Source: Pristiophorus japonicus
Lineage: Eukaryota
Reading direction: 5' to 3'
Assembly: GCF_044704955.1 (NCBI RefSeq)
Contig: NC_091994.1
Coordinates: 47,616,001 to 47,680,000, forward strand
Length of the DNA: 64,000 bases
The notes under the pieces: model-generated
Database searches by the model: none
What the model saw: only the letters and a program-made list of their open reading frames with translations
What the model was told of the DNA's origin: nothing
Made by a program: the position numbers and the translations under genes
In this document: positions 35,371 through 49,314 of the stretch, one piece after another
Layout: each line of letters starts with the position of its first letter
How positions within the stretch are numbered: position 1 is the first letter of the stretch

Positions 35371-37271
35371 AGAATGTAACTTGTAGCGTCTTTTTCAGAA
35401 AGATAGCGCACCTGAATGCATGACTGCACTGACATGTTGGCCGAGACATAGTTCCCGATTCCATATATTTCTCCTTCCCAATTAGACTGATCACGATCGG
35501 TCGTTCTGGATCTGTTTATTGCCATAGATGTAGCTCCGTGTTCATTATTCTGTCATTCTTACCCATCCCCAACATTCCCCCATATTCTGATTTGAATTGT
35601 GATGCGTTGCGCTCTAATTCACATTTGTCTGCACCGATTTCATCCTGATCATCACCTCCCCAACAGTTACTCCCTCCCTGTGCCAGTTGAGGTCCTTGAC
35701 ATTGCCTTTTGAGCCAGTTCAGAGATGCCGAACCCCATCCAATTCTCTACTCCCACGTACTCTCGGACACTGTACCCCATCCAACTCCGTACACTCTCTC
35801 CATTCCTCACAGTTCATGCTGGAACTCCCCTTCTGACTCTCATCCAAAAAAGCACTGCTCCCAGCCACTACTCCCTTCCCTCTTCCCTTCGTAGTCATCC
35901 ATTTCCCTCGGCACTGCTCCTTTGTGTCCTGTTGCTAAATGATTCTGGTTGCTGCACATGAAGGCTGGAGCTCTGGTTCTGGGTACAATTACCCCCCCCC
36001 CCCCCTTGGGGTGTGGGGACCATAATCTGTCTGTAACTGGACTCCAGTCAGACCGACACTGCTGTGAAAAGGCTGGATGGTTTGTGCTGATGTTTGGTAT
36101 TGACCGCTAACACCCGGACTGGGCCCACACCACTGGCTCACTAAATTCTGTCGTTTGCCGTGCCGGTGGGTTAGTGTTGCTGCATCGTTAACATCACCGG
36201 CTACCCCACATCAGCAATTGTATATTTTCCTTTTTTGTTTAAACAAAACACTTTGCAACTTCCTATTTCCGACCATGTACACTTGGATATTGAGAATCGT
36301 CCCTCCCATTCCCTCAGGATCCTGTCCATGGGAGTTGTGAGCCTTGCCCCAATTGACCATTCTTCATAGATTGGCCGGGACAGTGAGTGTCTGCGGGTCA
36401 TTCACCTGTCAATGGCCTTGTCCTGTCCTCGCCTCACACCCACAACAGCGCACCTTCCCAGTGGGGGAGTGGGAAGTGGAAAAAGGGTCATTGGATATCA
36501 ACCAGGAAAAGGAGATGTTGGCATTTTGTTTCTCCTCTCCCAATCTCTGGGTAATGTGCATCATCACGTCCCATGGACCAACCTATCACTTGACTGGTCT
36601 GTGGAGCTCAGGATCACACATGGTGCCTTCACCCACTGGCACAGGGGAGGGTTTGAGATCTCTTTATCCTTCCTGTGGCAGTGGGTGGCACCACAGGGGC
36701 ATTAGTGATGGGTGGTAAGGGGCAAATTGTAGAAGGGGAATGTGCTACCAGTAGGACAGGGTGTGGGCCACTTTACACTGGCAGTGTGTCTCCCAAGTCC
36801 CTTAATGACTCTGTGCCAAAACACCACCGCTGGGGCAGATTTTCAACTTGAAATCTCTACTTGCAGAGGTCACTGGTTCGTGGTCAGGGTGAGGTCTTGG
36901 ATCACTCCTCTCCCTAACCAGGGATACTGAGGCCAAGTGAAGGGTCCCTGGTGCACTCGCCCTAGATCAGCTAACTTGGCACAGACCGGGGATGGATCCT
37001 GGGAGCAGGAGGTGAAGTCCCAGAGCGAGTGATGCTCTAATCCACCCAGTCACCAGGAGGGTCCGAAACAATAATTGTATGTCAAGAAATTGTAGTTCTT
37101 TCTGTTTCGATAAACCATGTTCAACCTTGAAGGGACAATGCACTCACTGTGAACTTCTGGGGCCCACTATAGGAAGCTGCAACCTTTAAAATCTGTTTCT
37201 ATTAAACTCTGAAATATGTTAAACATTTCTATAACTTTATTCAAACACTCCTTCTCTGGTTCCTATTGCAG

Positions 37272-37595
37272 CTCAGCAACTCCCTGAGCCTTCACCTAAA
37301 AGTACTCGGGCCTTCAGCCGAGGAGATGAGCGCTAAAGGAGCAGGCACGTTAGTTTGCCTGGTCAGCAAACTGTCCATGGGCTTCGCTGCGGTCAGCTGG
37401 ACAGTCGATGGGAGTCCGACGAGCAGTGAGGTCCAAACCAGCGCGGTGTCGCGGAACACGGACAACACCTTCAGTCTCAGCAGCTACCTGACGGTCCCCG
37501 GTACAGACTGGAGCAGTGGGAAGGTGTACTCCTATATAGTTCAACAAGGGACAGCTTCGAAAACATCCGCTACAGTCGCACAATCCAACTGTTAA
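37272..37595 (+). pseudogene. Ig light-chain C exon (C1-set), frameshifted
   Basis: Pyrimidine tract plus CAG acceptor; PSAEE..GTLVCLVS..VSW.VDG..TFSLSSYLTV...W..GKVYSY..terminal C. There is a +1 shift near 37296 relative to the J phase, and the second Cys is replaced by Tyr. Confidence 0.93.
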
Positions 37596-38139
37596 ATAGA
37601 TCGAAGCTTCACTCGCGTATGCTGCCTGATTATTGGGCGTGTCACTTGCCCCATTATCCACCCTGTATCCCTCACCAACCCCATCTTCTTTCCCCTACCC
37701 CATTCTCCACCCTCTCCCCTTGGTCTCTGCTGCATGTTGTGCTTCTGTTTTGCATTGTGTGGTTCTGCTGTATCATTTGAAATGTTTGTACCCGAGGCAG
37801 GTTTGTTCAGCTTCTCCTATTAAGAGGCTGCACAAGGGTTACAGTGACCAGGTACTGGTCTAGAATCAGAATTCATTTGAAATTGATAGTTTGTTCAACA
37901 ACACCTGAAGGATTTAATGAAGATAGTTTATGATCTGCTAACAGCACCAGGCTGACAATGACTGACTGTGACTGATCTAACTTCCAATGAAGAGAATCTG
38001 TGCAGGAAATATTTGTTTTGTCACCATGTGTACCCTCCCCAGCCCTGACACCACCAAGTGGTCTAGATGTGAAGGGACCCAACACTTTGCTACAATTCTG
38101 GTTCTGTCTCCATGCAACCAAGAATGTTGAGGGAAGCCA

Positions 38140-39354
38140 TGGAATGGTAGAAATTTATTGCGCTGGAGGAGGCCATTCGGCCCATCGTGTTTGTGCCGGC
38201 TGTAAAGCAGCTATCAGCCTAATCCCACTTTCCAGCTCTTGTTTCGTAGCTTGGCAGGTTACAGCATTTTAAGTGCATATACAGGTACTTTTTAAATGTG
38301 ATTGTTTCTATCTCTACCATCCTTTCAGGCAGTGAATTACAGACCCGCACCACACTCTGGGTGAAAACATTTCTCCTCAACTCCCCCTGTTCAATCTTTG
38401 TAAATCTGTGCCTCTGGTTATTGACCTCACTGCTAAGGGATTTATCCAGGGGTCTCAATTTTATACACCTGAATTAAATCTCCCCTCAGCCTCCTGTTCC
38501 AAAGAAAACAACCCCAATCTATCCAATCTTTCCTCATAGTTAACATTCTCCAGTCCTGGCAATATCCTCGTGAATCTCCACTGTACCTTCTCATACAATC
38601 ACATGCTTCCTGTAATGTGGTGACCAGAATTGTATGCAGTATTCTAGCTGTGGAATAACTAATGTTTTATGCAGTTCAGGAATAAAATCCCCTCTTGTAT
38701 TTCAATCTGCGGCTAATAAAGTAAAGTATCCCCTTTGTCGTTAACTGCATTATCTCTTTGTCCTGTTACATTCTGTGGACATGCACTGCAAGATCCCTCT
38801 GTTCCTCTACAGCTCCTAGTATCCTACCATTTATTGTGCATTCCATGCCTGGTTATCCCTCCCTAAATGCATTACCTCATTTCTCATGATCAAAGTTCAT
38901 TTGTCACTTTTCTGTCCACCTGACCAGTCCATTGATATTTTCTTGCAGTCTACAGCTTTCTTTGTCACTATCAACCGTAAAGCCACTTTTTGTGTCAACA
39001 AACCTCTTAATCATGCCCCCGACAAAAAAGTCTAAATCAATGCTATGGACTAATTCGTCAGAGAGGAAATTGCAGTGGATCTGACCACCATCTTTCAAAG
39101 ATCCTTGGATATGGAAGTTGGGTCAGATCTGTGGAGGGTTGTCACTGTAACACATTGTTTTTAAGGAATGAACTAGCTAACGATAAACCAGTCAGATTAA
39201 CAGTCGCAATAGTATTCTTCTTGGTCACAATACAGGATGAATTAATACTCACCTAGAGACATGGGCTCATTAAGAGCAAGCAAGGTTTCACCTGTGGCAT
39301 TTAATAGAACTCTTTGAGGAGCGAGGTTATTGATGGGTGAAATGTAGCAGATGT

Positions 39355-39355
<1 letters not shown>
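38140..39355. mobile_element. Old CR1-clade fragments in both orientations
   Basis: RRNVFTQSVVRVCNSLP and CRLQENINGLVRW on the minus strand. The plus-strand part continues at 43813. Confidence 0.7.

Positions 39356-39402
<47 letters not shown>
39355..39402. repeat. (TG)n(TA)n microsatellite at the Gypsy A boundary
   Basis: Directly visible. Confidence 0.95.
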
Positions 39403-39403
<1 letters not shown>

Positions 39404-39404
<1 letters not shown>

Positions 39405-42400
39405 GTAATGACTCGAGTCTTGTTACTGTAAACGGCCTCTGGTGTAAACCTGATCCAACTTTATTTGTGCTCATAGTACCCGCTCTTATATACCAGTGAC
39501 CGTACGCACGCCCGTACAGCCCGATGACCTGCGACAGTAGTGGTGTCTGGTGACCCCAAGCATCAATACATAACATCCCCTTTCAAGATGTTAATATCAG
39601 TCTCTTTACAAATTAAGACGGTTTGGGATTTTCCTCTCATGAGTTGATCATCTCAGTTCAACTTTAGTTCTCGGCGAGCGTTCTGAGTTAGTTGTGACTG
39701 AAGGCTGAGTAACTGATCTGGGAATGGTAATGACCACATCAGAGACTGAAGGTCCAGGTTCAGTAATGACAGCAAAGTCCTTTGATGAATGAACATGGGT
39801 TGGTTGGTCACTGACTGCATCTTTCTCAAATGGTTCCAGTTCATGCGTGTGCTGCAGTTTAACCTGATCAGCATGTTTGCCCATTCTTGAGCAAGACAAT
39901 AAACACTGTTATCCTCCTTGGCTGTAACAGTACCGGTGATCCACTTTGGACCTTCACCATAGTTCAGTACATAAACTGAATCGTTGACACAGATGTCACG
40001 TGATGCACCACCATGATCATGATACCATTGCTGACTTTGACGTCTGTTTTCAACGTGATCATTCAGATCAGGATAAACAAGAGAAAGCTTGGTCTTGAGT
40101 TTGCTGTTCAGCAGGGGAAACCCCAGTAAGCGTATGAGGTCTTGTCCTGTAACTGAACAATATACATGACAAACGAGTCTGCAGTGAATCCTGAGTTACA
40201 CGTTTCATAATCTCCTTGATCATTTGAACAGCATGCTCTGCTTGACCATTAGAAGCAGGTTTGAATGGAGCTGACCTCAGATGTCTAACCATTGAGTTTC
40301 ATGAACTCCTGAAACTCAAGACTTGTGAAGCAAGATCCGTTGTCACTCAATAATGTCAGGCAAACCATAAGTAGCAAACATGACACGAAGGCTCTCAATA
40401 TTAGCTGTAGATGTACTGGATGACATAATAATACACTCTATCCACTTTGAATATGCATCCACCACAACAAAAAACATCTTTCCCATGAAAGGGCTCGCAA
40501 AATCGATATGGATCTTCGACCATGGTTTAGATGTCCACGACCAAAGACTCAGCGGAAATTGTGCTGGTATTTTACATAGCTGCATGCAAGTATTGCACTG
40601 ATGCACACATGATTCCAGATCAGAGTCAATTCCAGGCCAACATACATGAGACTTAGCAATGGTTTTCATCAGGACAATACCGGGATGAGTGTTATGTAGT
40701 TTACGTAAATATTTTTCTCTACCTTTCTTAGGCATAATGACACAATTACCCCAAAGTAAACAATCTGACTGACTGGACAGCTCAACTTTGTGACGGTTGT
40801 AAGGTTTGGTCTCATCACACATCTCCATATGTATTGCAGACCAATCACCACTGGGGGCACAACGTTTCACAACCGATAAAATAGGGTCATTGCTGATCCA
40901 GATCCTAACTTGTTGAGCAGTGACAGGAGTTCCTTCACTCTCAAAAGCCTCCATTACTAACAGTAGATCTGCAGGTTGAGGCGTCTCCATATCAGGTGTG
41001 GGCAAAGGCAGACGACTCAGTGCACCGGCACAATTCTCAGTGCCCGGTCTGTGACAAATAACATAATCATAGGCATACAGCATCAACGCCCACCTCTGGA
41101 TACGGGACGATGCATTGATATTAATACCTTTGTTTTCCGAAAACAATTAAATAAGTGGCTTGTGATGCATTCCGAGCTCAAAGGAAGACCAAACAGGTAC
41201 TAATGCATCTTTTTGACCCCATACCCACAGGCCAAAGCTTCTTTTTCTACCATGCTGTAAGCTCTTTCCGCCTTTGACAAACTTCTCGAAGCATACGCAA
41301 CAGGTTGTAGCTTACCCGACTCATTTGCTTGTTGGAGTACACATCCAACCCCATATGCTGAAGCATCACAGGCCAATACAAGACGCTTACACGGATCATA
41401 ATGAACAAGTAACTTGTTTGAACAGAGCAGATTCTTAGCTTTCTCAAAGGCTCTATCTTGAGACACACCCCAGATCCTGTTGTCGCCTTTTCTGAGTAGC
41501 ATGTGCAGTGGCTCTAATAAAGTGCTCAATCTGGGTAAGAAACTACTGAAGTAGTTGAGTAGTCCAAGGAATGAATGCAGCTCTGTCACATTCTGAGGCC
41601 TGGGTGCATTTTTGATGGCCTTAGTTTTCGAATCAGTAAGCCTGATGTCATCAGCAGCAATCTTCCTCCCCAGGAATTCAACTTCAGATACCATGAAGAC
41701 AAACTTTGAACGTTTCAGCCTGAGTCCCACTTTGTCCAGACGATGTCGGACTTCTTCAAGATTATTCAGATGTTCAGCAGTGTCGCGACCTGTAACCAGA
41801 ATGTCATCTTGAAACACGACAGTTCTCGGAACAGATTTCAGCAGACTCTCCATATTCCTCTGAAATATGGCTGCAGCCGAACGAATTCCAAAAAGACACC
41901 TGTTGTAGACAAACAGTCCTTTATGGATGTTGATGCAGGTGAGTTTCTTCGAAGTGCCAACAAGCTCCTGTGTCATATAAGCCGACGTCAGATTTAGTTT
42001 AGTGAACGACCTACCACCAGCTAGCATGGCGAGCAGGTCATCAGCCTTCGGTAACGTATACTGATCCTGTTTCAAAAATCGGTTAATCATAACCTTGTAG
42101 TCACTACAAATCCTGACAGTGACATCACTCTTCAATGCAGGAACAATGGGACTGGCACACTCGTTAAATTCGACCGGTGATATGATCCCTTCACGTTGGT
42201 GTCTGCCAAGCTCAATTTCAACCTTCTCCTTCATCATGAAAGGAACAGACCGAGCTTTATGATAGACAGGCTTTGCATCAGAATCTAGCTGAATCTGCAC
42301 CTTGGCTCCAGAAAGATTACCAATGCCCCGTTCAAACAAAGCAGGAAACTTCTTCAACACTTGAGCACGCGAAGTGTCATCCACCGAGGACAATGCTTTG

Positions 42401-43812
42401 ACATCATTCCAGTTCCACTTGATTTTCTCGAGCCAATTCCTGCTGAACCACGTTCGGATAAACAGCTGGGATGATCCATAATGCTAAAATCATGAACTAC
42501 ACCATCATATGACATCTTGACTACTGCACTGCCAATCACCGGTATGAGTTCCTTAGTGTAAGTACGCAACTTGGCATTGACTGGACTCAGCTTAGGCTGC
42601 ACAGCCTCAGTGTCCCACAGCTTGTCGAATGTCCTTTGGCTCAATATCGACTGACTCGCACCTGTCAGCTTCACATTAACAATTATCGGCTGGCTCTTTC
42701 CCTAGAATGAATATAGACCATACACTTCCTACCCGGCTTGTGTATCCGGGCCAGCACTGGACTGATCATCATCAACAATGTAATGAGTGGCAGCACGGTT
42801 GTTCAGTTTTGGGCACATTCTCTGAAGATGCCCCACTTTCGAACAGCCATTACAGGCGTATTGTTTAAACTAACACTGATGAGGCCAATGATTGCCCCCA
42901 CAATGCCAACAGGGTGAAATCAAAATTTGTACCAGTTGGCAGACTCTGAGCAGCTATAGGTTTCACATAAGCAGTCGAGTAGGCCTTGCCATAAGCAGCT
43001 CTGCCAGAAGACGACACAATCTTGTTTACAGTAGCTGCCGTGGTGCTCCGATTCTTCATTGATATCTGCCTCAAATTATATCAGTCGTTATGCATGCCTG
43101 GGCAGTCGCGTGGCCTTTCTCAAATACAGCTTCTCTTCGGCCAAAAACTTCCGAAGAATTATATCATGGTTGATGCCTATCACGAAGAAATCTCGCAACG
43201 TGTCTTCCAACACGTTCCCAAACTTACACGGCTCAGCAAAATGTCAAAGGTCAGCGATGAATCCCGACACAGCTTGGTCCTCAGCACAAACATGCGTTTA
43301 GAAACGATAGCGTGAGATAATGATCCCCTCTTTTGGCTTAAGATGGTCACACACCAAAGCACACAAATCCTTGTATTCTTTGTCCATTGGATGTAAAGGC
43401 GAGAGAAGATTCTTCATAAGGCCGTAAATTTTCGGATCACAAATGGTGAGGGAAACCGCCATATGCCGAAATGCATCAGCCTCTCCCTCCATTTTGTTGG
43501 CCACAAAATACTGATCCAGGCGGTCGATAAAATCCTCCCAATCCTCGCTTTCCGCAAATCTCTCCAGAATTTCAACAGTGCCCATTGTTCATGCGAAGGT
43601 TCTTAAGTCGCCAAATGTAATGACTCAAGAGTCTTGTTACTGTAAATGGCCTCAGGCGTAAACCTGATTCAACTTTATTTGCACTCAAAGTACCTGCGTG
43701 ACATAGTACCCGCTCTTATATATCAGTGACCGCGCACACGCACGTACAGCCCGATGACCTCCGACAGTGGCGCCCCCTGGTGTCTGGTGACCCCAAGCAT
43801 CAAGACATAACA
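39404..43812 (-). mobile_element. Gypsy element A copy 2, full length, decayed
   Basis: LTRs 39404-39575 and 43616-43812; PPT GAAAGGGGA; FQDD RT, RNase H, HIDFASP integrase. Confidence 0.95.
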
Positions 43813-44159
43813 ATATGGAGTTTCAAAAAGGGGTTTGATAACCTGCAACATTAGAGGTTTGTTGATAAAACTAGGGGGAATTGTTGGACGGAGATAGAAG
43901 ATATATCTGGGATGAGAGGCTTTAGATATGAGGAGGGTTGAGAGTAATTGAGGACTTTTGCAGATCAAGGAAGGTTAAGAAAAGATCTAATACAGTTGCT
44001 CAGAACTTTTGGTAAGGTAAATCGGGTAAATCTATTTCCAGTGGTTGGTGAATTAGTAACTAGAGGGAATAAATATGAGATCATCACCGAACGAATGAAA
44101 GGAAAGGGCTGGTGAATGTTTATGTTGTGGAGGGGAGTTAGGACTGGGTGGATGAAGGG

Positions 44160-47100
44160 TGATATGTCCTTACTATGCACACGAGGCCCATACTTGAGAG
44201 AAGGTCACTCTGTGACCAGTTACCTTTATTACCAAGACCTCAAGTGATGAAGGTGGTAGAGCTTCCCCTTTTATACCTGAAAGTCCAGGTTAGGAGTATC
44301 TCCCACGAGTTCACCCCCTTGTGGTCAATGTTCTCAAGGTGTACAACTTAGGTCAGCTTATACATTGGTTACAATGATAGTTGAATACATGACATCACCT
44401 CCCCCCCCAAAATCTTATTGGGATCACAGGTTAAGTCTCTCTGGTGGTTTACGCTCCCTTGTAGAGCGCCTGAGTTGGGGCTCCGGTTGTTGGACGCTGG
44501 CCTGAGTGTCTGATGTTTGCGGTGCCTCAGGCCTGTCCGGACTACCCACAGTGACTGGGCTCTCCTCCACTTGGTTCCAGTGTTCGGTCACCTGTGGTGG
44601 AGTAAACTCTACGTCGTGTTCTTCCTCTGCTTCTTCTATGGGGTTGCTGAACCTCCTTTTAGTTTGATCCACGTGTTTGCGGCAGATTTGTCCATTGGTA
44701 AGTTTAACTACCAAAACCCTATTTCCCTTTTTGGCAATCACAGTGCCTGCAAGCCATTTGGGCCGTGCAGCGTAATTAAGGACAAAAACAGGGTCATTGA
44801 CATCAATACATTGCACCCTTGTATTCCTGTCATGGTAGTCACATTGTGACTGACGCCTGCTCTCAACATTTTCTTTCATAGTGGGTGTATAAGGGATAAC
44901 CAGGTTTTGAGCATCCTTTTCATTAGCAGCTCTGCGGGTGGAACCCCTGTGAGCGAGTGTGGTCGGGATCTATTGGCCAACAGGAGGCGTGATAAGCGGC
45001 TTTGTAGGGAATCCCCTTGGATTCTGAGCATCCATTGTTTGATTATCTGCACTGCTCGTTCCGCCTAGCCGTTTGAGGCCGGCTTGAACGGTGCCGTTCT
45101 GACATGGTTGATTCCATTGCCTGCCATGAAGTCCTGGAATTCAGTGCTTGTGAAGCACAGGCCATTGTCGCTGACCAAGACATCCAGTAGACCATGGGCA
45201 GCGAACATTGCCCGTAGACTTTCTACCGTGGCAGAGGATGTGCTTGAATTTAAAATGGCACACTCAATCCATTTGGAGTAGGCGTCTACTACAACCAAAA
45301 ACATTTTTCCCATGAAAGGACCTGCGTAGTCCACATGAATGCGTGACCATGGCTTGGCGGGCCAGGACCAGGGGCTAAGGGGGGCTTCCCTGGGTGCGTT
45401 GCCCAGCTGAGCACACGTGTTGCACCTGCGAACACAAAGTTCCAGGTCTGCATCTATCGCTGGCCACCAAACGTGTGACCTGGCAATTGCCTTCATCATG
45501 ACAATGCCCGGGTGCTCATTGTGAAGTTCTCTGATAAACACCTCTCTGCCCATCTGGGGCATGACTACTCGGTTTCCCCACAGTAGGCAATCGGCCTGAA
45601 TCGAGATTTCATCCTTGCGCCTATGAAACGGTTTAAATTCGTCAGGGCATGCCCCGTACGTGGCTGCCAAGTCCCTTTTCAGGACACATTTCTTAACTAA
45701 AGACAGTAGCGGGTCTTTATTTGTCCAGACTTTAATCTGATGGGCTGTCACAGATGAGCCTTCGCTTTCGAAAGCTTCAACAGCCATGACCATCTCAGCA
45801 TCATGCTCAGTTGCCCCCTCAGTGGTGGCTAGTGGGAGCCTGCTGAGTGCATCGGCGCAGTTTTCAGTGCCTGGTCTGTGCCGAATTGTGTAGTCATAGG
45901 CAGCTAATGTGAGTGCCCACCTCTGTATGCGGAAAATGCATTCGCATTTATGGCCTTGTTGTCGGCCAAAAGGGACGGTAGGGGTTTGTGATCTGTCTCC
46001 AGCTCAAATTTCCTGCAAAACAGGTATTGGTGCATTTTTTTTACTGCATATACACATGCTAGCGCTTCCTTTTCTACCATCCCGTAGCCCCTTTCTGCCT
46101 GGGACAGACTTCTGGAGGCATAACCTACCGGCTGTAACTGACCATTGGCATTAACATGCTGCAACACACACCCGACACCATAGGACGACGCAACGCACGT
46201 TAAAACAAGTTTCTTACATGGGTCATATAACGTTAGCAGTTTGTTGGAGCATAACATATTGCGTGCTCTATCAAAAGCCCTTTCCTGGCTATCCCCCCAG
46301 ACCCAATCGCGACCTTTGCGTAGGAGCACGTGTAGCGGCTCTAACAGCATGCTCAATTTGGGAAGAAAGTTAACAAAATAGTTCAGGAGCCCCAGGAACG
46401 AACGCAGCTCCGTTGTGTTACGGGGTCTGGGTGCTCTCTGGATTGCTTCTGTTTTGGACGCAGTAGGTCTGATCCCATCTGCTGCTACCCTCATCCCCAG
46501 GAATTCTACCTCTGGAGCTAAGAAGACATACTTCGCCTTTTTCAGTCGCAGCCCTACCCGGTCCAGTCTGTGTTGCACCACCTCCAGGTTGTGGAGGTGT
46601 TCTTCGGTATCACAACCCGTGATGAGGATGTCATCTTGAAAAACCACTGTCCTTGGAATCGACTTGAGAAGGCTTTCCATATTTCGCTGAAAGATCGCGG
46701 CGGCCAAACGAATCCCAAACAGACATTTGTTATACTCAAACAACCTCTTGTGTGTCGTGATGGTGGTCAGCTTCTTCGACTTACTCACCAGCTCCTGGGT
46801 CATGTAAGCTGAGGTCAGGTCCAATTTTGAAAAAAGAGGTCCTCCGCTCTCGGTAGCGGGTACTGGTCTTGGAGTGACACCCGATTGATGGTGGCCTTGT
46901 AATCGCCACATATCCTGACCGACCTATCCGCCTTGAGCACCGGCACGATCGGACTCGCCCAGTCACTGAATTCAACTGGCGAGATGATGCCTTCCCTCAG
47001 CAGGCAGTCCAATTCGCATTCTATCTTTTCCCACATCACATACGGCACCGCTGTGGCCTTGTGGTGTACGGGCCTGGCGTCCGGGTTTATGTGAATCACT

Positions 47101-48882
47101 AACTTGGCCCCCATGAAAGTGCCGATGCCGGGTTGAAATAACGAGTCAAATTTGTCCAGGACCTGTGAGCATGATACTTGCTCCACAGAAGAAATTGCAT
47201 TGACATCGCCCCAGTCCCAGTTCATGACAGCAAGCCATCTCCTCTCCAGTAATGTGGGACCATCCCCCGGAACAATCCAGAGTGGCAACCTGTTCTCCGA
47301 ATCTTTGTGGGTCACGATTACCATGGTGCTGCCTAGCACCAGAAAGGTCTCCTTTGTATATGTCCGTAGGTGTGCGTCAATCGGCAATAATTTTGGCCTC
47401 CTGGCCTTGGACACCCACAACCTTTCGAACTGTTTGATACTCATCAGGGACTGGCTGGCGCCCGTGTCTAGCTCCATTGATACTGGGATGCCATTGAGGA
47501 GCACTTTCATCATTATCGGTGGCGTCCTGTTATATGAACTGTATATGTGCTCCACATGAACTCGCTGAACTTCAGCTTCCAGCGATTTCCTCCAATATTC
47601 ATTTGGCCTTGTAGGCCTTACATCGGGCCCGTCCTCCTTCATACATCAACCTGGCTGCAAGCTTCCTGCACATATGCGCCAAGTGACCGCTGACGTTGCA
47701 GTTTCTTCAGGTATATTGCTGATACCTGCAAGCTCTGGCTGGGTGTTTGCCTCCACATCTTCAGCATGAGCAGGAGGCCCCGTTGTTGGAAACAAAAGGT
47801 CCATTACCAGTCGATTGTCTCTGACTGTTTCTGTAACTGTCCTTAAGCGCACCATTAACAGGTGTTGATGGCCCCATTACTGGCCGCATTGTCCATTGCG
47901 ATGGGATGAATCGCCGTTCAGCTAGCCATTGTCTCTGTTGAATTCCCCCTTTGGGTTTGACTACATGCTGAGGCATGTCCAATTGCCCTTGTCTGCCTGG
48001 AGAACTGTGTGCCGCGTTAACAATGTTGACTCCCTGGTCGTTTTCCACATTTGAGCCAAGATTTTTGTCATACATCATTCTGGTCTCTTCCTCCCCTGAG
48101 ATAAATGTCTGGGCTATCAGAGCCGCAGCTTCCAAGGTCAAGTCTTTAGTCTCAATCAGTTTCCTGAAAACCCCAGCATGCCCGATGCCCTCAATAAAAA
48201 AGTCTCGCAGCATCTCCGCTCTGCATGAATCTGGGAACTTACATAGGCTCGCCAGTCACCGGAGATCTGCCACGAAGTCTGGAACGCTTTGTCCTTCTCG
48301 CCGCCAGTGCATGTAAAACCAGTGTCTCGCCATGTGCATGCTGCTCGCTGGTTTAAGGTGTTCCCCGATCAACTTACTGAGCTCTTCGAACGTCTTGTCC
48401 ACTGGCTTCTCTGGCGCTAGAATGTCCTTCATCAGGGAGTACGTTCTGGATCCACAAACCGTCAGGAGATGAGCCCTGCGTTTGTCGGCCGAATCCTGTC
48501 CCAACCATTCCTTAGTGACAAAACTTTGCTGTAACCTCTCAATGAAGTCGTCCCAATCATCACCAACACAGTATCTCTCTTCTGTGCTGCTAGTGGCCAT
48601 GCTCGTGTCGTTAGAATCCCAGTTTCTCGTCGCCAATGATATGTCCTTACTATACAGTATAAATGCACACAAGGCCCATACTTGAGAGAAGGTCACTCTG
48701 TGATCAGTTACCTTTATTACCAAGACCTCAAGTGATGAAGTAGGGTGGAGCTTCTCTTTTTATACCTGAAAGTCCAAGTTAGGAGTGTCTCGCATAAGTT
48801 CACCCCCTTGTGGTCAATGTTCTCAAGGCATACAACTTAAGTCAGCTTATACATGGTTACAATGATAGTTGAATACATGACA
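44160..48882 (-). mobile_element. Gypsy element C (Mag-like), full length, decayed
   Basis: LTRs 44160-44394 and 48637-48882; TSD AAGGG/AAGAG; PBS TGGCGACGAG; ELDTGAS, FQDD, HVDYAGP. The empty site is at about 14040. Confidence 0.95.
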
Positions 48883-49314
48883 AAGAGGAGCCAGTGGATG
48901 TGATGTATTTGGACTTCCAGAAGGCATTTGACAAGGTGCAACATAAAAGGTTACAGCACAAGATAAAAGTTCACGGGGTTGGGGTAATATATTAGCATGG
49001 ATAGAGGATTGGCTAACTAACAGAAAACAGAGAGTCGGGATAAATGGTTCATTCTCTGGTTGGCAATCAGTAACTAGTGGGTGCCGCAGGGATCAGTACT
49101 GGGACCCTAACTATTAACAATCTATATTAACGACTTGGAAGAAGGGGACCGAGTGTAACATAGCCAAGTTTGCTGACGATACAAAGATGGGAGGAAAAGC
49201 AATGTGTGAGGAGGACACACAAAATCTGCAAAAGTACATAGTCAGGCTAAATGAATTGGTAAAAATTTGGCAGATGGAGTATAATGTTGGAAAGCATCAA
49301 AAAATCAAAGAGCA

